64,000 bases of DNA from NCBI GenBank assembly GCA_963823335.1, contig CAWGLD010000001.1:1120001-1184000 (forward strand), read 5' to 3'. Within the stretch, counting starts at the first letter, position 1. The number at the start of each line of letters is the position of its first letter. Below, one piece after another: positions 39,701 to 50,125 of the stretch. The stretch comes from an uncultured delta proteobacterium (GTDB lineage: Bacteria > Desulfobacterota > Desulfobacteria > Desulfobacterales > B30-G6). The position numbers and the translations under genes were made by a program. The notes beneath the pieces were generated by a model. That model made no database searches and was not told the DNA's origin. It saw nothing but the letters and a program-made list of their open reading frames with translations.

Positions 39701-40993
39701 TCATTCATGCAATTGCCGGCAAAATGTCTCCTTGGCAAAGGTAATAAGAACTGTTCCGAGAATAGATAGGCCAATGATGACACCAAAGGCCAGGTGATAT
39801 GCATTGAGATCATAGATGCGGATGCCATTTTCCAATAATCCACCCCATTTGAGATCGAGGACCAGGCCTATGGCTGGCTGCAAAACCATGGGCCCCATTT
39901 CCATACCCATATTGCTGATGCCTGAAACGGTTCCCACCAAAGCCAAGGGCACGGATTCCTTTACAAACGCCATACCGACAACAATGGCGCCTGTGGCAAA
40001 CCCCACCATGCTGAATAATACAACAAGAAGCCACAAAGGTATGTCCTGCAGGAAAAGGATGGGTATCCAGCCAATCAAGGAAAGACAGAGAGCATAAAAA
40101 TAGATGGGTTTTCTGCGTCCTGTTTTTTCAGATAGAGCGCCCAGAATCGGTGCGCCAAGCGCACAGGCGATTAAAAGTGCGGATATCAGGGTAGCGCTTT
40201 TTACCGGGCTCAAGTCATAATGCGTCGTGAGGTAGGGTACTCCCCACAAACCAGCGAATGCCAAAGCGGGGCCGATCAAGCTGGCTGGCACGATGGTGAG
40301 AATCCATGTGTTTTTATATCGAAATATATCTGACAGATCTCTTAGAATAGACGCTTGGGGTCTATGAATAGATGGTGCAAGGTCTGTGGCATAGCTGTCA
40401 TATCCCTTCTGAACAGGGTCGTCCCGCACGAAAATCCAGATAGCCAGGCAGATGACAAGCGTTATGATACCGGCACCAAAAATGACCGAACGCCACCCGA
40501 ACAGGTTCATTAAGAGTTTCAGGGGAACGCCGGCAGATAAAGCGCCCAAGATACCCAGGCCTAGTGCCAAGCCGGTCACAAGTGCAAATTGGTTTGGCTT
40601 AAACCACCGGGTCGATAATTTTAAGATGGAAACCCAGGCGACCCCCATGGAGGCCCCAATAACAAGTCTGCCCACATTGGCCGTGTGAATCGAGGATGCA
40701 GAGGCAAATATAAAAGCCCCAACACTGGATAAGAGAGCGCCTGCCGTGAGCAATTTCCGGGGTCCCCAGTAATCGGCAAGAATTCCTGTGGGGATTTGAA
40801 CCGCCACGTAGCTGTAGTAATAAAAAGAGGAAAAGTTACCCAGGGACGCCGCTCCTATATTAAAATCCGCCATAAGCTGGTCGGCCATAACGGCCGTGAC
40901 CATTCTATGGAAAAAACCCGAAAAATAGAAAGCGATCCCCAAGCACAGGGTCATCCAGGATTGATACGCAGGGGGATAGTTGTGTCGATGCAT
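39701..40993 (-). CDS. MFS transporter
   Basis: QIPTGILADYWGPRK motif A, about 12 TM helices. Confidence 0.92.
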   Translation of the reverse strand: MHRHNYPPAYQSWMTLCLGIAFYFSGFFHRMVTAVMADQLMADFNIGAASLGNFSSFYYYSYVAVQIPTGILADYWGPRKLLTAGALLSSVGAFIFASASSIHTANVGRLVIGASMGVAWVSILKLSTRWFKPNQFALVTGLALGLGILGALSAGVPLKLLMNLFGWRSVIFGAGIITLVICLAIWIFVRDDPVQKGYDSYATDLAPSIHRPQASILRDLSDIFRYKNTWILTIVPASLIGPALAFAGLWGVPYLTTHYDLSPVKSATLISALLIACALGAPILGALSEKTGRRKPIYFYALCLSLIGWIPILFLQDIPLWLLVVLFSMVGFATGAIVVGMAFVKESVPLALVGTVSGISNMGMEMGPMVLQPAIGLVLDLKWGGLLENGIRIYDLNAYHLAFGVIIGLSILGTVLITFAKETFCRQLHE

Positions 40994-41008
40994 AAAATCA
41001 TTTTTCTG

Positions 41009-41371
41009 TTAATGTATAATTGAAAAGCACTGAATGAATCCGATCTGTTTGCCATCCATATCAAAAGGCGTAACGGTTACACCCAGTTTGTTCTCGCCTC
41101 TTTGGGCCTCGTAATAAAACTCCTTTCTTTTACCCGCATTCAGATCGGATAAGATTCTCTTTATTTTCTCGATACTCTCTGGTTTTTTATGGCAGAATGC
41201 TATGTTTTTGCCGACATATTCCGGTTTTCTGTCAACAAATTTAGCGCAATATTCATTATAGTAAAGAATACGACCCTCATTGTCTATTACGGTTATCCCG
41301 GCAGGGATTTTATCCAACACCATGGCCAGTTGATTTGTGTTAAGGGTAACATTCTTTTCGTCGGGCATCAT
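41009..41371 (-). CDS. Stand-alone PAS-domain protein
   Basis: LDKIPAGITVIDNEGRILYYN..GKNIAFCH. Confidence 0.8.
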   Translation of the reverse strand: MMPDEKNVTLNTNQLAMVLDKIPAGITVIDNEGRILYYNEYCAKFVDRKPEYVGKNIAFCHKKPESIEKIKRILSDLNAGKRKEFYYEAQRGENKLGVTVTPFDMDGKQIGFIQCFSIIH

Positions 41372-41673
41372 TTTCTCCATTTATTTTCTTTGAAATATTG
41401 AGATAAGACCTGACAGACGATGACTTCTCTATTATAATAAATTGATTCTGAGCGGTTAGCCTGCCCCCAACCTTTAAACTTGTCAATAAGAAATGAACCC
41501 GGTTGCCGCAATAACCCAAACCTGTTGTGGCGGCGGTTCATGTCATGGGAAATCCGCCGGAGGCATACTTGTGGACACCCAAAAAAGAGCATCGCAATAT
41601 TTGCATCCTGGTTCAACGTGTGTTAGGGGTAGCGAATTTGATTTCGTAGTACTTCTTCATTGAAAGGCTTACG

Positions 41674-42561
41674 ATGAACACCGATCCTTACCTAATCCTG
41701 CTGCCGTTGATTGTACTCGCCCTGGGTGGTTATATCTGTTCGTGGTTGTTCTCCCTGTCGGAAGATACCCTCGTAAGGGCTGTTACCGATTTTTTTATGC
41801 CCATGCTTGTCTTCTACTCCCTTTATACATCCACCATCAAACTCGATGATACCATGAAAATAGGCGGGGCAGTGGGTTTTGTGCTCTTGTTTCTGTTGAT
41901 TGCGTCGCTGGTTTACTGTCGTGTTTTCAACCTCGATAAACGTGCCTTTCTGCCACCGATTATTTTTATGAACTCCGGCTTTCTCGGAATTCCTTTGATG
42001 GAGTTGTGGGGTGGTGCCGGGGCAGTGAACCAGATCGTCATTTATGATCAGATCCAGACGTTTTTCATTTTTACACTCGGTATCTTCCTGGTGGCAGGGG
42101 GATTCACATTGTCGGGTCTTGTGGAGATGTTTAAAACACCCCTGCTGTGGTCCATCATTTTGGGTTTCTGGTGTCGCTATGCAAACATTGAAATACCACA
42201 ACCCCTGCTGGATGCATGTAAGTACAGTGGTGCCGGAGCTCCGGCGTTGGCGACTTTTGCCCTGGGGTGTTCATTGAGAAAGCGTCGTCCGCGTGCGGAT
42301 CCCCACCTGGTATCGGGGCTGTTGATGCGTTTTGGTTTGGGTTTTATCGCCGGCATGCTGGCGGTGAACATATTCGGCATTACCGGTTCGGCCAGAATCG
42401 TTGTGGTTTCGGCCTCCACCCTGCCATCGGCGGTTTTTTCGGTTGTTCTGCCGCTTCGCTATGGGGTGGATACCCGTTTTGCCGGTGCAATGGTCCTGTT
42501 GTCCACTTTATTGAGTATTTTCACGATTCCGGTCGTGTTCTATTTGTGCAGCAAACTTTAA
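41674..42561 (+). CDS. AEC family transporter
   Basis: FMNSGFLGIP, TLPSAV, STLLS motifs. Confidence 0.85.
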   Translation: MNTDPYLILLPLIVLALGGYICSWLFSLSEDTLVRAVTDFFMPMLVFYSLYTSTIKLDDTMKIGGAVGFVLLFLLIASLVYCRVFNLDKRAFLPPIIFMNSGFLGIPLMELWGGAGAVNQIVIYDQIQTFFIFTLGIFLVAGGFTLSGLVEMFKTPLLWSIILGFWCRYANIEIPQPLLDACKYSGAGAPALATFALGCSLRKRRPRADPHLVSGLLMRFGLGFIAGMLAVNIFGITGSARIVVVSASTLPSAVFSVVLPLRYGVDTRFAGAMVLLSTLLSIFTIPVVFYLCSKL

Positions 42562-42591
42562 ATAGAAGTTATGGTGAAAATTGGAGGAGTT

Positions 42592-43923
42592 ATGGAGCGA
42601 GCCATGTGGAACCCGGAAATGGAGACGATTTCTGCGTCCGACCAGGAGAAGCTCGAACAGCAAAAGCTGATGGATCAGATTCAGTATGTCTTTGCCAACA
42701 GCACCATGTACCAGGAGAAATATCGTCAGGCGGGTTTGGCTGTAAAAGATATCACCCGTGTTGAAGATCTTGCCAAACTCCCCTTTACGACAAAAACAGA
42801 CCTGCGTGAATCCCAGGTACGCAAGCCCCCCTATGGCGATTTTTTAGCAGCGACCTCAGAACAGGTTAACCGTGTTCACCGGACCTCCGGCGCTACCGGA
42901 CAATTCATATACACCGCCCTCACCCACAAGGATCTCGAAACCACCAACGACTGCGGGGCAAGAGCATTCTGGGCGGCAGGGTTGCGACCGCACCACCGGG
43001 TAGTCCACTGCTTGAACTACTGTCTGTGGATGGGTGGTTATACGGATCATTCAAATCTGGAACTGACGGGCGCCACGGTATTTCCCTTCGGGGTGGGCAA
43101 CTCACGCCAACTGGTCCGTGTAATTCGGGATGCCGGCATCAGTGTCATCTCATCCACCCCTTCCTATCCGGCTTACCTGGAGGATGTCGTGCGTGACGAA
43201 CTGGGCATCGAGCCAAAGGAGCTGGGTCTTAGACTGGGACTGTTTGGGGGGGAGTCAGGTCTTGAAAACCCGTCCTATCGCAACCGTATTGCGGATACAT
43301 GGGGAATGCAGCCACAAAATGCCAATTATGGCGTATCCGATGTTCTGTGTAACTTTGCATCTGTCTGCAGTGAGAATTATCAACTGCATTTTCTGGCCCA
43401 GGGAGCCTTGCTGGCCCAGTTGATCGATCCGGCCACGGGGAAAGAGATTCCCATCCAAGACGGGGTAAAGGGCGAACTGGTATTGACCCACCTTGAAAAA
43501 GAGGCCCAGCCACTTATTCGATATCGGACCTCAGACATTTTGGAAATATTGGGCACCGGCCCATGCCGCTGCGGCAGGACCGGTTTTCGATTCAGGGTCG
43601 TGGGAAGATCGGACGATATGCTGAATGTAAAAGGAGTCAATGTCTTTCCCAACGGTATTTCACAGGTGATCGAAGAGATGGTCCCGGATTTGAATGGAGA
43701 ATTTCAAATCGTTCTGGACCACCCCTCGCCATATACAGGCCTCAACATTACCGTCGAGTATGGTGCCGGCATCAATCCGGATCAGAAGGATGCGATTGCC
43801 CGGAAACTCGAGGGAAAAGTCAAAGCAGTGCTGAATTTTACAGCCAAGGTTAACCTGGTTCCACCTCAATCCATCCAGCGAACAGAGATGGGAAAGGCTG
43901 TGCGTGTTCTGCGCCGGTATTAG
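42592..43923 (+). CDS. Phenylacetate-CoA ligase (PaaK) family protein
   Basis: LPFTTK.DLR, RTSGATG, YGVSD, PLIRYRTSD, GRSDDM..KGVN.FP; start after GGAGG. Confidence 0.88.
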   Translation: MERAMWNPEMETISASDQEKLEQQKLMDQIQYVFANSTMYQEKYRQAGLAVKDITRVEDLAKLPFTTKTDLRESQVRKPPYGDFLAATSEQVNRVHRTSGATGQFIYTALTHKDLETTNDCGARAFWAAGLRPHHRVVHCLNYCLWMGGYTDHSNLELTGATVFPFGVGNSRQLVRVIRDAGISVISSTPSYPAYLEDVVRDELGIEPKELGLRLGLFGGESGLENPSYRNRIADTWGMQPQNANYGVSDVLCNFASVCSENYQLHFLAQGALLAQLIDPATGKEIPIQDGVKGELVLTHLEKEAQPLIRYRTSDILEILGTGPCRCGRTGFRFRVVGRSDDMLNVKGVNVFPNGISQVIEEMVPDLNGEFQIVLDHPSPYTGLNITVEYGAGINPDQKDAIARKLEGKVKAVLNFTAKVNLVPPQSIQRTEMGKAVRVLRRY

Positions 43924-44256
43924 ATTTTCATTGACTAAATGAACAGGATTCTATACTTAAATCATGTTAATTTATTGCTTGGCGCAACAGGTAGCCCGGC
44001 ATCAGATGTTTGAGGACACGATTTCTGTGAGTAGGATTTGATCGAAACTAACAACAGGTTTTTGTGCGGCATATCAAGCGATGCCGGAGATAGATTACAA
44101 AATGTTTCGTCCTGCCTACCAGCATTCAACCATGAACCGCTTCTCAGTTTCGCATCTCATTGATGTCCCATAATTTTTTATATTGCACCGGAAAAGTCGC
44201 AGCGGTGCTTTTGGAGTGCACCATTTACTAAAACCCTAAAAACCGGAGTTGTTTGT

Positions 44257-45024
44257 ATGGCAGAATTGCTATTGAAAAAGGTCACCATGAAATTTGGCGG
44301 GCTGCTGGCTGTCGACAACTTGGATCTCGAGGTACCCAGTGGGAAAATATTGAGCTTGATCGGCCCCAACGGTGCTGGAAAGACAACGGTGTTTAACCTG
44401 ATCACCGGTGTGTACAAACCAACCGAAGGAACCATTACTTACAATGGTGAAACACTCAATGGTCTGCACAGCAACAAGGTCGTTTCCCGTGGCATCGCCA
44501 GGACATTTCAGAACATCCGCCTCTTTAATTCCATGACGGTTCTGGAAAATGTACAGGTGGGCTTGCACTGCCGTACCAAAAGCGGTGCCATACGCGCGCT
44601 GTTGAACACCCCTTTTCTGGTACGGGAAGAAAAAGAAATCGCAGAAAAAGCCATGGCGGTGCTCGAATTTCTTGGACTCGAGAAATACCGGAACGACTAT
44701 GCCTCCAGCCTTGCCTACGGCAATCAGCGCCGTCTCGAAATCGCCAGGGCCATGGCGACTGAACCAGGAACCCTTCTGCTCGACGAGCCGGCTGCCGGCA
44801 TGAACCCTAAAGAGACCGCCGAATTGATGGATCTTATCCTCAAAATCCGGGATACCGGGTTGGACATATTTCTGGTGGAGCACGACATGCGACTGGTGAT
44901 GGGAATCTCTGACATGATCACCGTTCTCGATTATGGACAGAAGATTGCCGAAGGAACCCCAAAGGAGATCCAGAACAACGAAACGGTCATCGAAGCCTAC
45001 CTGGGATCGGGTGGGAAAAAATAA
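44257..45024 (+). CDS. livG: Branched-chain amino acid ABC transporter ATPase (LivG-like)
   Basis: GPNGAGKTT, RTFQNIRLF, DEPAAGMN, VEHDM. Confidence 0.93.
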   Translation: MAELLLKKVTMKFGGLLAVDNLDLEVPSGKILSLIGPNGAGKTTVFNLITGVYKPTEGTITYNGETLNGLHSNKVVSRGIARTFQNIRLFNSMTVLENVQVGLHCRTKSGAIRALLNTPFLVREEKEIAEKAMAVLEFLGLEKYRNDYASSLAYGNQRRLEIARAMATEPGTLLLDEPAAGMNPKETAELMDLILKIRDTGLDIFLVEHDMRLVMGISDMITVLDYGQKIAEGTPKEIQNNETVIEAYLGSGGKK

Positions 45025-45126
45025 CCGGAGCTTTTTGTATCTTTGATGCAATTAGAATTGTTTCCCAACTTTTAATTCATAACAAGTCGGGAATGTCAGA
45101 CAAACCCAAAACAAGAAGGAGTTAAG

Positions 45127-46260
45127 ATGAAAAAACTTGGTATTGTTGTATTGTGCATCGCATTGATCGCAAGTTTCAGTGGCATAGCAACCGCTAAAAC
45201 GCTGAAAATAGGAACCATGAGCCCCCTGACAGGTCCTTATGCCCAGGATGGAACCTACATCCTCCAGGGTGTGAAAACCGCCGTGAAAGCGTTTGAGGCC
45301 GGTGGTGGGCTGCCCGGTTATGACAAAATCGAAATTCTGGCCGAAGACAGTGCCTGTGACGGTGGCAAGGCCACCATGGCCGCCAATAAACTTATTCATA
45401 GTGAGGTATCCGCCATCATCGGCTGCTACTGCTCTTCTGCAACCCTGCCGAGTTCGATTCCGGTCGAAGAAGCGGGCATCGTCATGCTCACACCGGCGTC
45501 CACCAATGAACAAATAACGGAACGGGGATTCAAAAATTTCTTCCGCCTGCCGCCCAGAGACGATGTTCAGGGATGGTCTGCGGTAAAGTTTATGGAAAAC
45601 TCTTTGAAAGCCAAAACCGTTGCCCTGATTGACGATCGTCAGACCTACACCGTCGGCCTCGTCGATAATATTAAAAAATTCGCCCAGGAAACCGGAAAAC
45701 TTGAATTTATCGCCCACGAGCACATCACCCCCGGCGACAAAGACTTCACCGCAATATTGACGTCTCTGAAACGGCTGAATCCTGATGTCATCTACATGGC
45801 TATTTATCAGCCCGAAGGCTCCTTGATGGCACGTCAGGTCAAACAGCTCGAAATCACCTCTACGCTGGTCACCGAAGATGCCTGTTATCAGCCTAAATTC
45901 ATCGAGGTGGGTGGAGCGGCCACCGAGGGTATCTACCTGACCTTTGCAGCTCCGGTTGAAGACAACCCGGTTCGAACAGACTTCGTAAAAGCCTACTCCA
46001 GTGACTGGGGTGTCGGTGAAAATGAAATCGGTTCGTTCTCCTTTTTTGCTTACGACGCTACCATGCTGGTGTTGAACGGCATCAAAAAGGGTGGCGTAGA
46101 CAAGCTTGCCGAAACCATCCGGGCAACAAAATCGTTGGGAGCCACTGGAGAAATCGAGTTTAACGAAAAAGGCGACCGTGCCCTGGCCCACGCCGTGTGG
46201 ATCGTCAAAGATGGCGCTTTCGTGCCTTATTACAATCCACTTACGGACAAAATGTACTAA
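45127..46260 (+). CDS. Branched-chain amino acid ABC solute-binding protein (LivJ/K-like)
   Basis: Signal peptide, PLTGPYA, EDSACD, CSSAT, GEIEFNEKGD. Confidence 0.92.
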   Translation: MKKLGIVVLCIALIASFSGIATAKTLKIGTMSPLTGPYAQDGTYILQGVKTAVKAFEAGGGLPGYDKIEILAEDSACDGGKATMAANKLIHSEVSAIIGCYCSSATLPSSIPVEEAGIVMLTPASTNEQITERGFKNFFRLPPRDDVQGWSAVKFMENSLKAKTVALIDDRQTYTVGLVDNIKKFAQETGKLEFIAHEHITPGDKDFTAILTSLKRLNPDVIYMAIYQPEGSLMARQVKQLEITSTLVTEDACYQPKFIEVGGAATEGIYLTFAAPVEDNPVRTDFVKAYSSDWGVGENEIGSFSFFAYDATMLVLNGIKKGGVDKLAETIRATKSLGATGEIEFNEKGDRALAHAVWIVKDGAFVPYYNPLTDKMY

Positions 46261-46269
46261 ATTACCACA

Positions 46270-46299
46270 AACGATCGGGGGTTTTTGCCCCCGATCGTT
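46270..46299 (+). other. Stem-loop after the solute-binding gene (mRNA stabiliser or partial terminator)
   Basis: AACGATCGGGGG-loop-CCCCCGATCGTT perfect stem. Confidence 0.7.
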
Positions 46300-46364
46300 A
46301 ACAACGATCTGCCCTCCAATATGAAGTAAGTCGTCTTTTTGCTCAGTCAAAGGAAGCTTTCCAT

Positions 46365-47285
46365 ATGGATACAACGTCTTTTCTTATTCAGCAATTGATC
46401 AATGCCATTTTTCTGGGCAGCATATTTTCCCTGATCGCCCTCGGCTATACCATGGTATACGGAATTATTCAGTTGATCAATTTCGCTCATGGCGAAATGT
46501 TTACCGCAGGGTCCTTTGCCGGTTTAATTGTGCTGGCGGGTCTTCAAAAATTTGGTTTTGTCGACAGTCATTTTATCTTATCCATGGTTTTGGTTTTCGG
46601 CCTCGGCATGGCCTATGTTGCCGTTCTTGGGGTTTCCATCGAGCAGGTAGCCTATAAACCCCTGCGGAACGCATCACGCCTGGCTGCCATCCTGAGCGCC
46701 CTGGGGATGTCCATCTTTCTGTCCAACGGCATGATGCTGAGCCAGGGTGTTTCCGACCGGGGTTTTCCGGCTGTGCTTGGCTGGGAAGGGTTTAATATCC
46801 TGGGTGCAAAAATTTCCTATGGGCAGGTCTTCATCATCATCTTGGCCTTTGCCCTCATGTATGGTTTGTGGATTTTTGTCACCTCCACCAAGCTTGGCAA
46901 GGCCATGCGTGCCACTGCGCAAAACAAACCCATGGCCAGGATGCTCGGTATCAACGTCGATAAAACCATTCGCGTCACCTTTATGATCGGCCCGGCCTTG
47001 GGTGCCGCCGCCGGAATAATGGTTGGTTTGTATTATGGTTCGGTGCGTTTTGACATGGGTTTCATCTATATGATCAAAGCGTTTGCGGCGGCCATTCTGG
47101 GCGGTATCGGTTCCATACCTGGCGCCATGCTTGGCGGTATGATCATTGGTTTCGTCGAAGTCGCATGGTCGGCATTTCTACCCAGTGAATGGAAAGATGT
47201 AACCACCTTCGTGGTTATGATTCTGGTGTTATACCTGAAACCGAGCGGTCTTTTAGGACAGAGCGCGAGCGAAGAAAAGGTGTGA
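46365..47285 (+). CDS. livH: Branched-chain amino acid ABC permease (LivH-like)
   Basis: ALGYTMVYGI..LINFAHGE, GKAMRA, KAFAAAILGG. Confidence 0.93.
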   Translation: MDTTSFLIQQLINAIFLGSIFSLIALGYTMVYGIIQLINFAHGEMFTAGSFAGLIVLAGLQKFGFVDSHFILSMVLVFGLGMAYVAVLGVSIEQVAYKPLRNASRLAAILSALGMSIFLSNGMMLSQGVSDRGFPAVLGWEGFNILGAKISYGQVFIIILAFALMYGLWIFVTSTKLGKAMRATAQNKPMARMLGINVDKTIRVTFMIGPALGAAAGIMVGLYYGSVRFDMGFIYMIKAFAAAILGGIGSIPGAMLGGMIIGFVEVAWSAFLPSEWKDVTTFVVMILVLYLKPSGLLGQSASEEKV

Positions 47286-47286
47286 T

Positions 47287-48522
47287 ATGGTACAATCGGA
47301 TTTAAAGAAATTTTTTGTATACTCCCTGTTTCTCGGTATCCTTATTCTACCCTTAGTCGGGTTTGCCACCACAACATTCGATGCCTCGCGGGCCTTTACC
47401 GTTTGGGGGTTGTTTGTGGGTGTGCTGGCTTTGGGTTTGATTACAAAAGGAATTCGGCGCAGCGGCGGTTATGTGAATCTTTCCGACAGCCTGGCACCCG
47501 TTCGCAAGCGGATCAGAAACAAACTGACCGCCGTACCGGTCAACTATTACATCACAGCCCTTCTGGCCTTTGCCGTGATCTACCCCATGGTGGCCAACCG
47601 GTATCTGGTGGATGTCGGTATTACCTGCCTGATATATATTGTTTTGGGATTGGGTCTCAATATCGTCGTGGGGCTTGCCGGGCTGCTCGATCTTGGCTAC
47701 ATCGCTTTTTACGCCGTTGGCGCATATACCTATTCACTGCTTAATCTGAATTATGGCATCCCTTTTTGGTTCTGTATACCCATGGGCATCGGTTTTGGCT
47801 GTATTGCCGGATGCATCATCGGTTATCCCACACTTAAAATGCGCGGTGATTATCTGGCTATCGTGACCATGGGGTTTGGTGAAATAATCCGTCTGATGCT
47901 CAACAACTGGGACAACTTGACCGCCGGGCCCAATGGCCTCTATGGCCAGGCCAAACCGGCGCTCATATATCCGTCCATTACCGACGGTGGCTTGACCTGG
48001 GTTACCTTTCATTTGAAATCCCTTGAATCACTTTACTTTCTGGCCCTGATCATTGCAATACTGACGGTTGTCGGCGTACGGCGCTTGGACAGGTCCAGAA
48101 TCGGACGGGCCTGGGTGGCCATACGTGAAGACGAGGTCGCCGCCGAACTGTCGGGTGTACCGACCATGTGGTTGAAACTGCTGGCCTATGCCCTGGGTGC
48201 CTCTTTTGCGGCGGTTGTCGGGGGCTTTTTTGCCGCCAAGTTGAGCTATACAAATCCGAACTTCTTTATTTTCATGGAATCGTGCATTGTTTTATGCATC
48301 GTTGTTCTAGGCGGTGTCGGAAGTACGCCCGGGGTTATTGTGGCTGCGGTCATCTTGTCCGCTGTGCCTGAAATATTCCGGGATCTTCAAAATTATCGCA
48401 TGCTGGCTTTCGGTGCCGCCATGGCGGCCATGATGGTCCTGAGACCGGAGGGGTTGATACCGGCAAGCCGACGTAAACGCGAACTGCACGCAGCCGAACA
48501 GCACCAACACGAGGAATCCTAA
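47287..48522 (+). CDS. livM: Branched-chain amino acid ABC permease (LivM-like)
   Basis: GLNIVVGLAGLLDLGY, RGDYLAIVT.GFGEI, GRAW.AIREDE. Confidence 0.93.
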   Translation: MVQSDLKKFFVYSLFLGILILPLVGFATTTFDASRAFTVWGLFVGVLALGLITKGIRRSGGYVNLSDSLAPVRKRIRNKLTAVPVNYYITALLAFAVIYPMVANRYLVDVGITCLIYIVLGLGLNIVVGLAGLLDLGYIAFYAVGAYTYSLLNLNYGIPFWFCIPMGIGFGCIAGCIIGYPTLKMRGDYLAIVTMGFGEIIRLMLNNWDNLTAGPNGLYGQAKPALIYPSITDGGLTWVTFHLKSLESLYFLALIIAILTVVGVRRLDRSRIGRAWVAIREDEVAAELSGVPTMWLKLLAYALGASFAAVVGGFFAAKLSYTNPNFFIFMESCIVLCIVVLGGVGSTPGVIVAAVILSAVPEIFRDLQNYRMLAFGAAMAAMMVLRPEGLIPASRRKRELHAAEQHQHEES

Positions 48523-48523
48523 T

Positions 48524-49249
48524 ATGGCCAATGAGCAACCAATTCTTCAACTCAAGGATGTGCACACTTACTATGGAAATATTCACGCCCTGAAGGGTGT
48601 GTCGATAGCCATTCCCAAAGGAAAGATCGCTTGCCTGATCGGCGCCAATGGCGCAGGAAAATCCACCACACTCATGACCATCTTCGGCATCCAACGGGCC
48701 GCAAAAGGGAAAATATTCTACAAAGCCCGAGAAATTCATAAGCTTCAACCTGAAGAGGTTGCCGCTCTGGGCGTGGCCCAAAGCCCGGAAGGCCGGCAGA
48801 TTTTTCCCAATATGTCCGTTCGCGAAAACCTGGAAATGGGCGCCTATCTGCGCAAGGACAAAAATGAAATTGCCAAAGATATGGACTGGGTTGTTACGCT
48901 CTTCCCGCGCTTAAAAGAGCGTACCGAGCAGTTGGGCGGCACGTTGAGTGGCGGAGAACAGCAGATGCTCGCCATCGCCCGGGCCCTGATGCAGAGACCG
49001 ACGTTACTCTTGCTGGACGAGCCCTCTTTGGGCCTGGCTCCCAAGCTGGTGGAAGTTATTTTTGAAACCATACAGCAGATCAACCGAGACAGCGGCACGA
49101 CTATCTTTCTTGTGGAGCAGAACGCCAACATGGCTCTGGGAATTTCCGATACAGGCTATGTAATGGAAACAGGCAAGATTGTGCTGACAGACAAGTCTTC
49201 GGTGCTTCTGGAGAGCGAACAGGTCAAAAAAGCCTACCTGGGTGAATAG
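48524..49249 (+). CDS. livF: Branched-chain amino acid ABC transporter ATPase (LivF-like)
   Basis: GANGAGKST, LSGGEQQM, DEPSLGLAP, VEQN. Confidence 0.93.
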   Translation: MANEQPILQLKDVHTYYGNIHALKGVSIAIPKGKIACLIGANGAGKSTTLMTIFGIQRAAKGKIFYKAREIHKLQPEEVAALGVAQSPEGRQIFPNMSVRENLEMGAYLRKDKNEIAKDMDWVVTLFPRLKERTEQLGGTLSGGEQQMLAIARALMQRPTLLLLDEPSLGLAPKLVEVIFETIQQINRDSGTTIFLVEQNANMALGISDTGYVMETGKIVLTDKSSVLLESEQVKKAYLGE

Positions 49250-49291
49250 CGCGGTAATCACGACATATGCATTGTAATAAGGATAAAAACA

Positions 49292-50059
49292 GTGGAAGCA
49301 TCAACCGTTTTATATCGCCGTGAAGGGAATGTCGGTATCATTACCCTGAATCGCCCCCACCGCCTTAACGCACTGACCGGTGAACTTTTAAAAACGTTCA
49401 TGCAGACACTCGATACGGCCCGGCGCGACAAAGAGGCTGCGGTCATCATTCTTACCGGATCCGGCAAGAGTTTCTGCTCCGGAGAAGACCTGAAAGAGAC
49501 CGCCGAAGGAAAAAGCGCCGAAACCTGGATGGATGAGGCGGATCGGCTTCAGGATGTACAGCGCTATACCTTAAAGCTGGACAAGCCCCTGATTGCCGCC
49601 GTCAAGGGATATGCTGTCGGCGGCGGCTGCGAAATCGCCATGAGTTGCGATATCCGTATCGCTGCTGAATCAGCCGTTTTCGGGTTTCCCGAGACCGGTG
49701 TTGGATTGACCGTAACAAATGCGGGCACAAAACTGCTGACCCATCTAGTGGGTCTTGGAAAAGCCAAAGAATTAATTTTTACGGGCGAATTCATCGGCGC
49801 CAACGAAGCATGTAAAATCGGACTGGCCAATAAAGTGGTTCCCGATGGTGATTTGATGGATGAAACCATGGCGATGGCACAAATAATTGCCCAGCGTTCC
49901 CCAATGGCTTTAAGATTGTCCCGAATTGCCATCGATCAGGGCATGAGCGCCAGTTTCGAAGAAATATTGGAACTCGAAGCCAGCCACCTCCTTACCTGCA
50001 CCCTCGCCGGAAATGAAAAAGCCTTTGTCGAAAAACGCCTGAGGGAAATGAAGAAATAG
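49292..50059 (+). CDS. Enoyl-CoA hydratase/isomerase family protein
   Basis: LNRP..LNAL, FCSGEDL, GGGCE, FPE. Confidence 0.92.
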   Translation: MEASTVLYRREGNVGIITLNRPHRLNALTGELLKTFMQTLDTARRDKEAAVIILTGSGKSFCSGEDLKETAEGKSAETWMDEADRLQDVQRYTLKLDKPLIAAVKGYAVGGGCEIAMSCDIRIAAESAVFGFPETGVGLTVTNAGTKLLTHLVGLGKAKELIFTGEFIGANEACKIGLANKVVPDGDLMDETMAMAQIIAQRSPMALRLSRIAIDQGMSASFEEILELEASHLLTCTLAGNEKAFVEKRLREMKK

Positions 50060-50125
50060 CCCCGGCGCAGTTCTGCGATATGAAGAAAGCATCGCGTATG
50101 TCTATTTTGAAAGGAGATTTCACCC

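Noticed and set aside
45052-46374. 440-aa minus-strand ORF
   Set aside because: Antisense to the clearly recognisable LIV solute-binding gene; no motifs.
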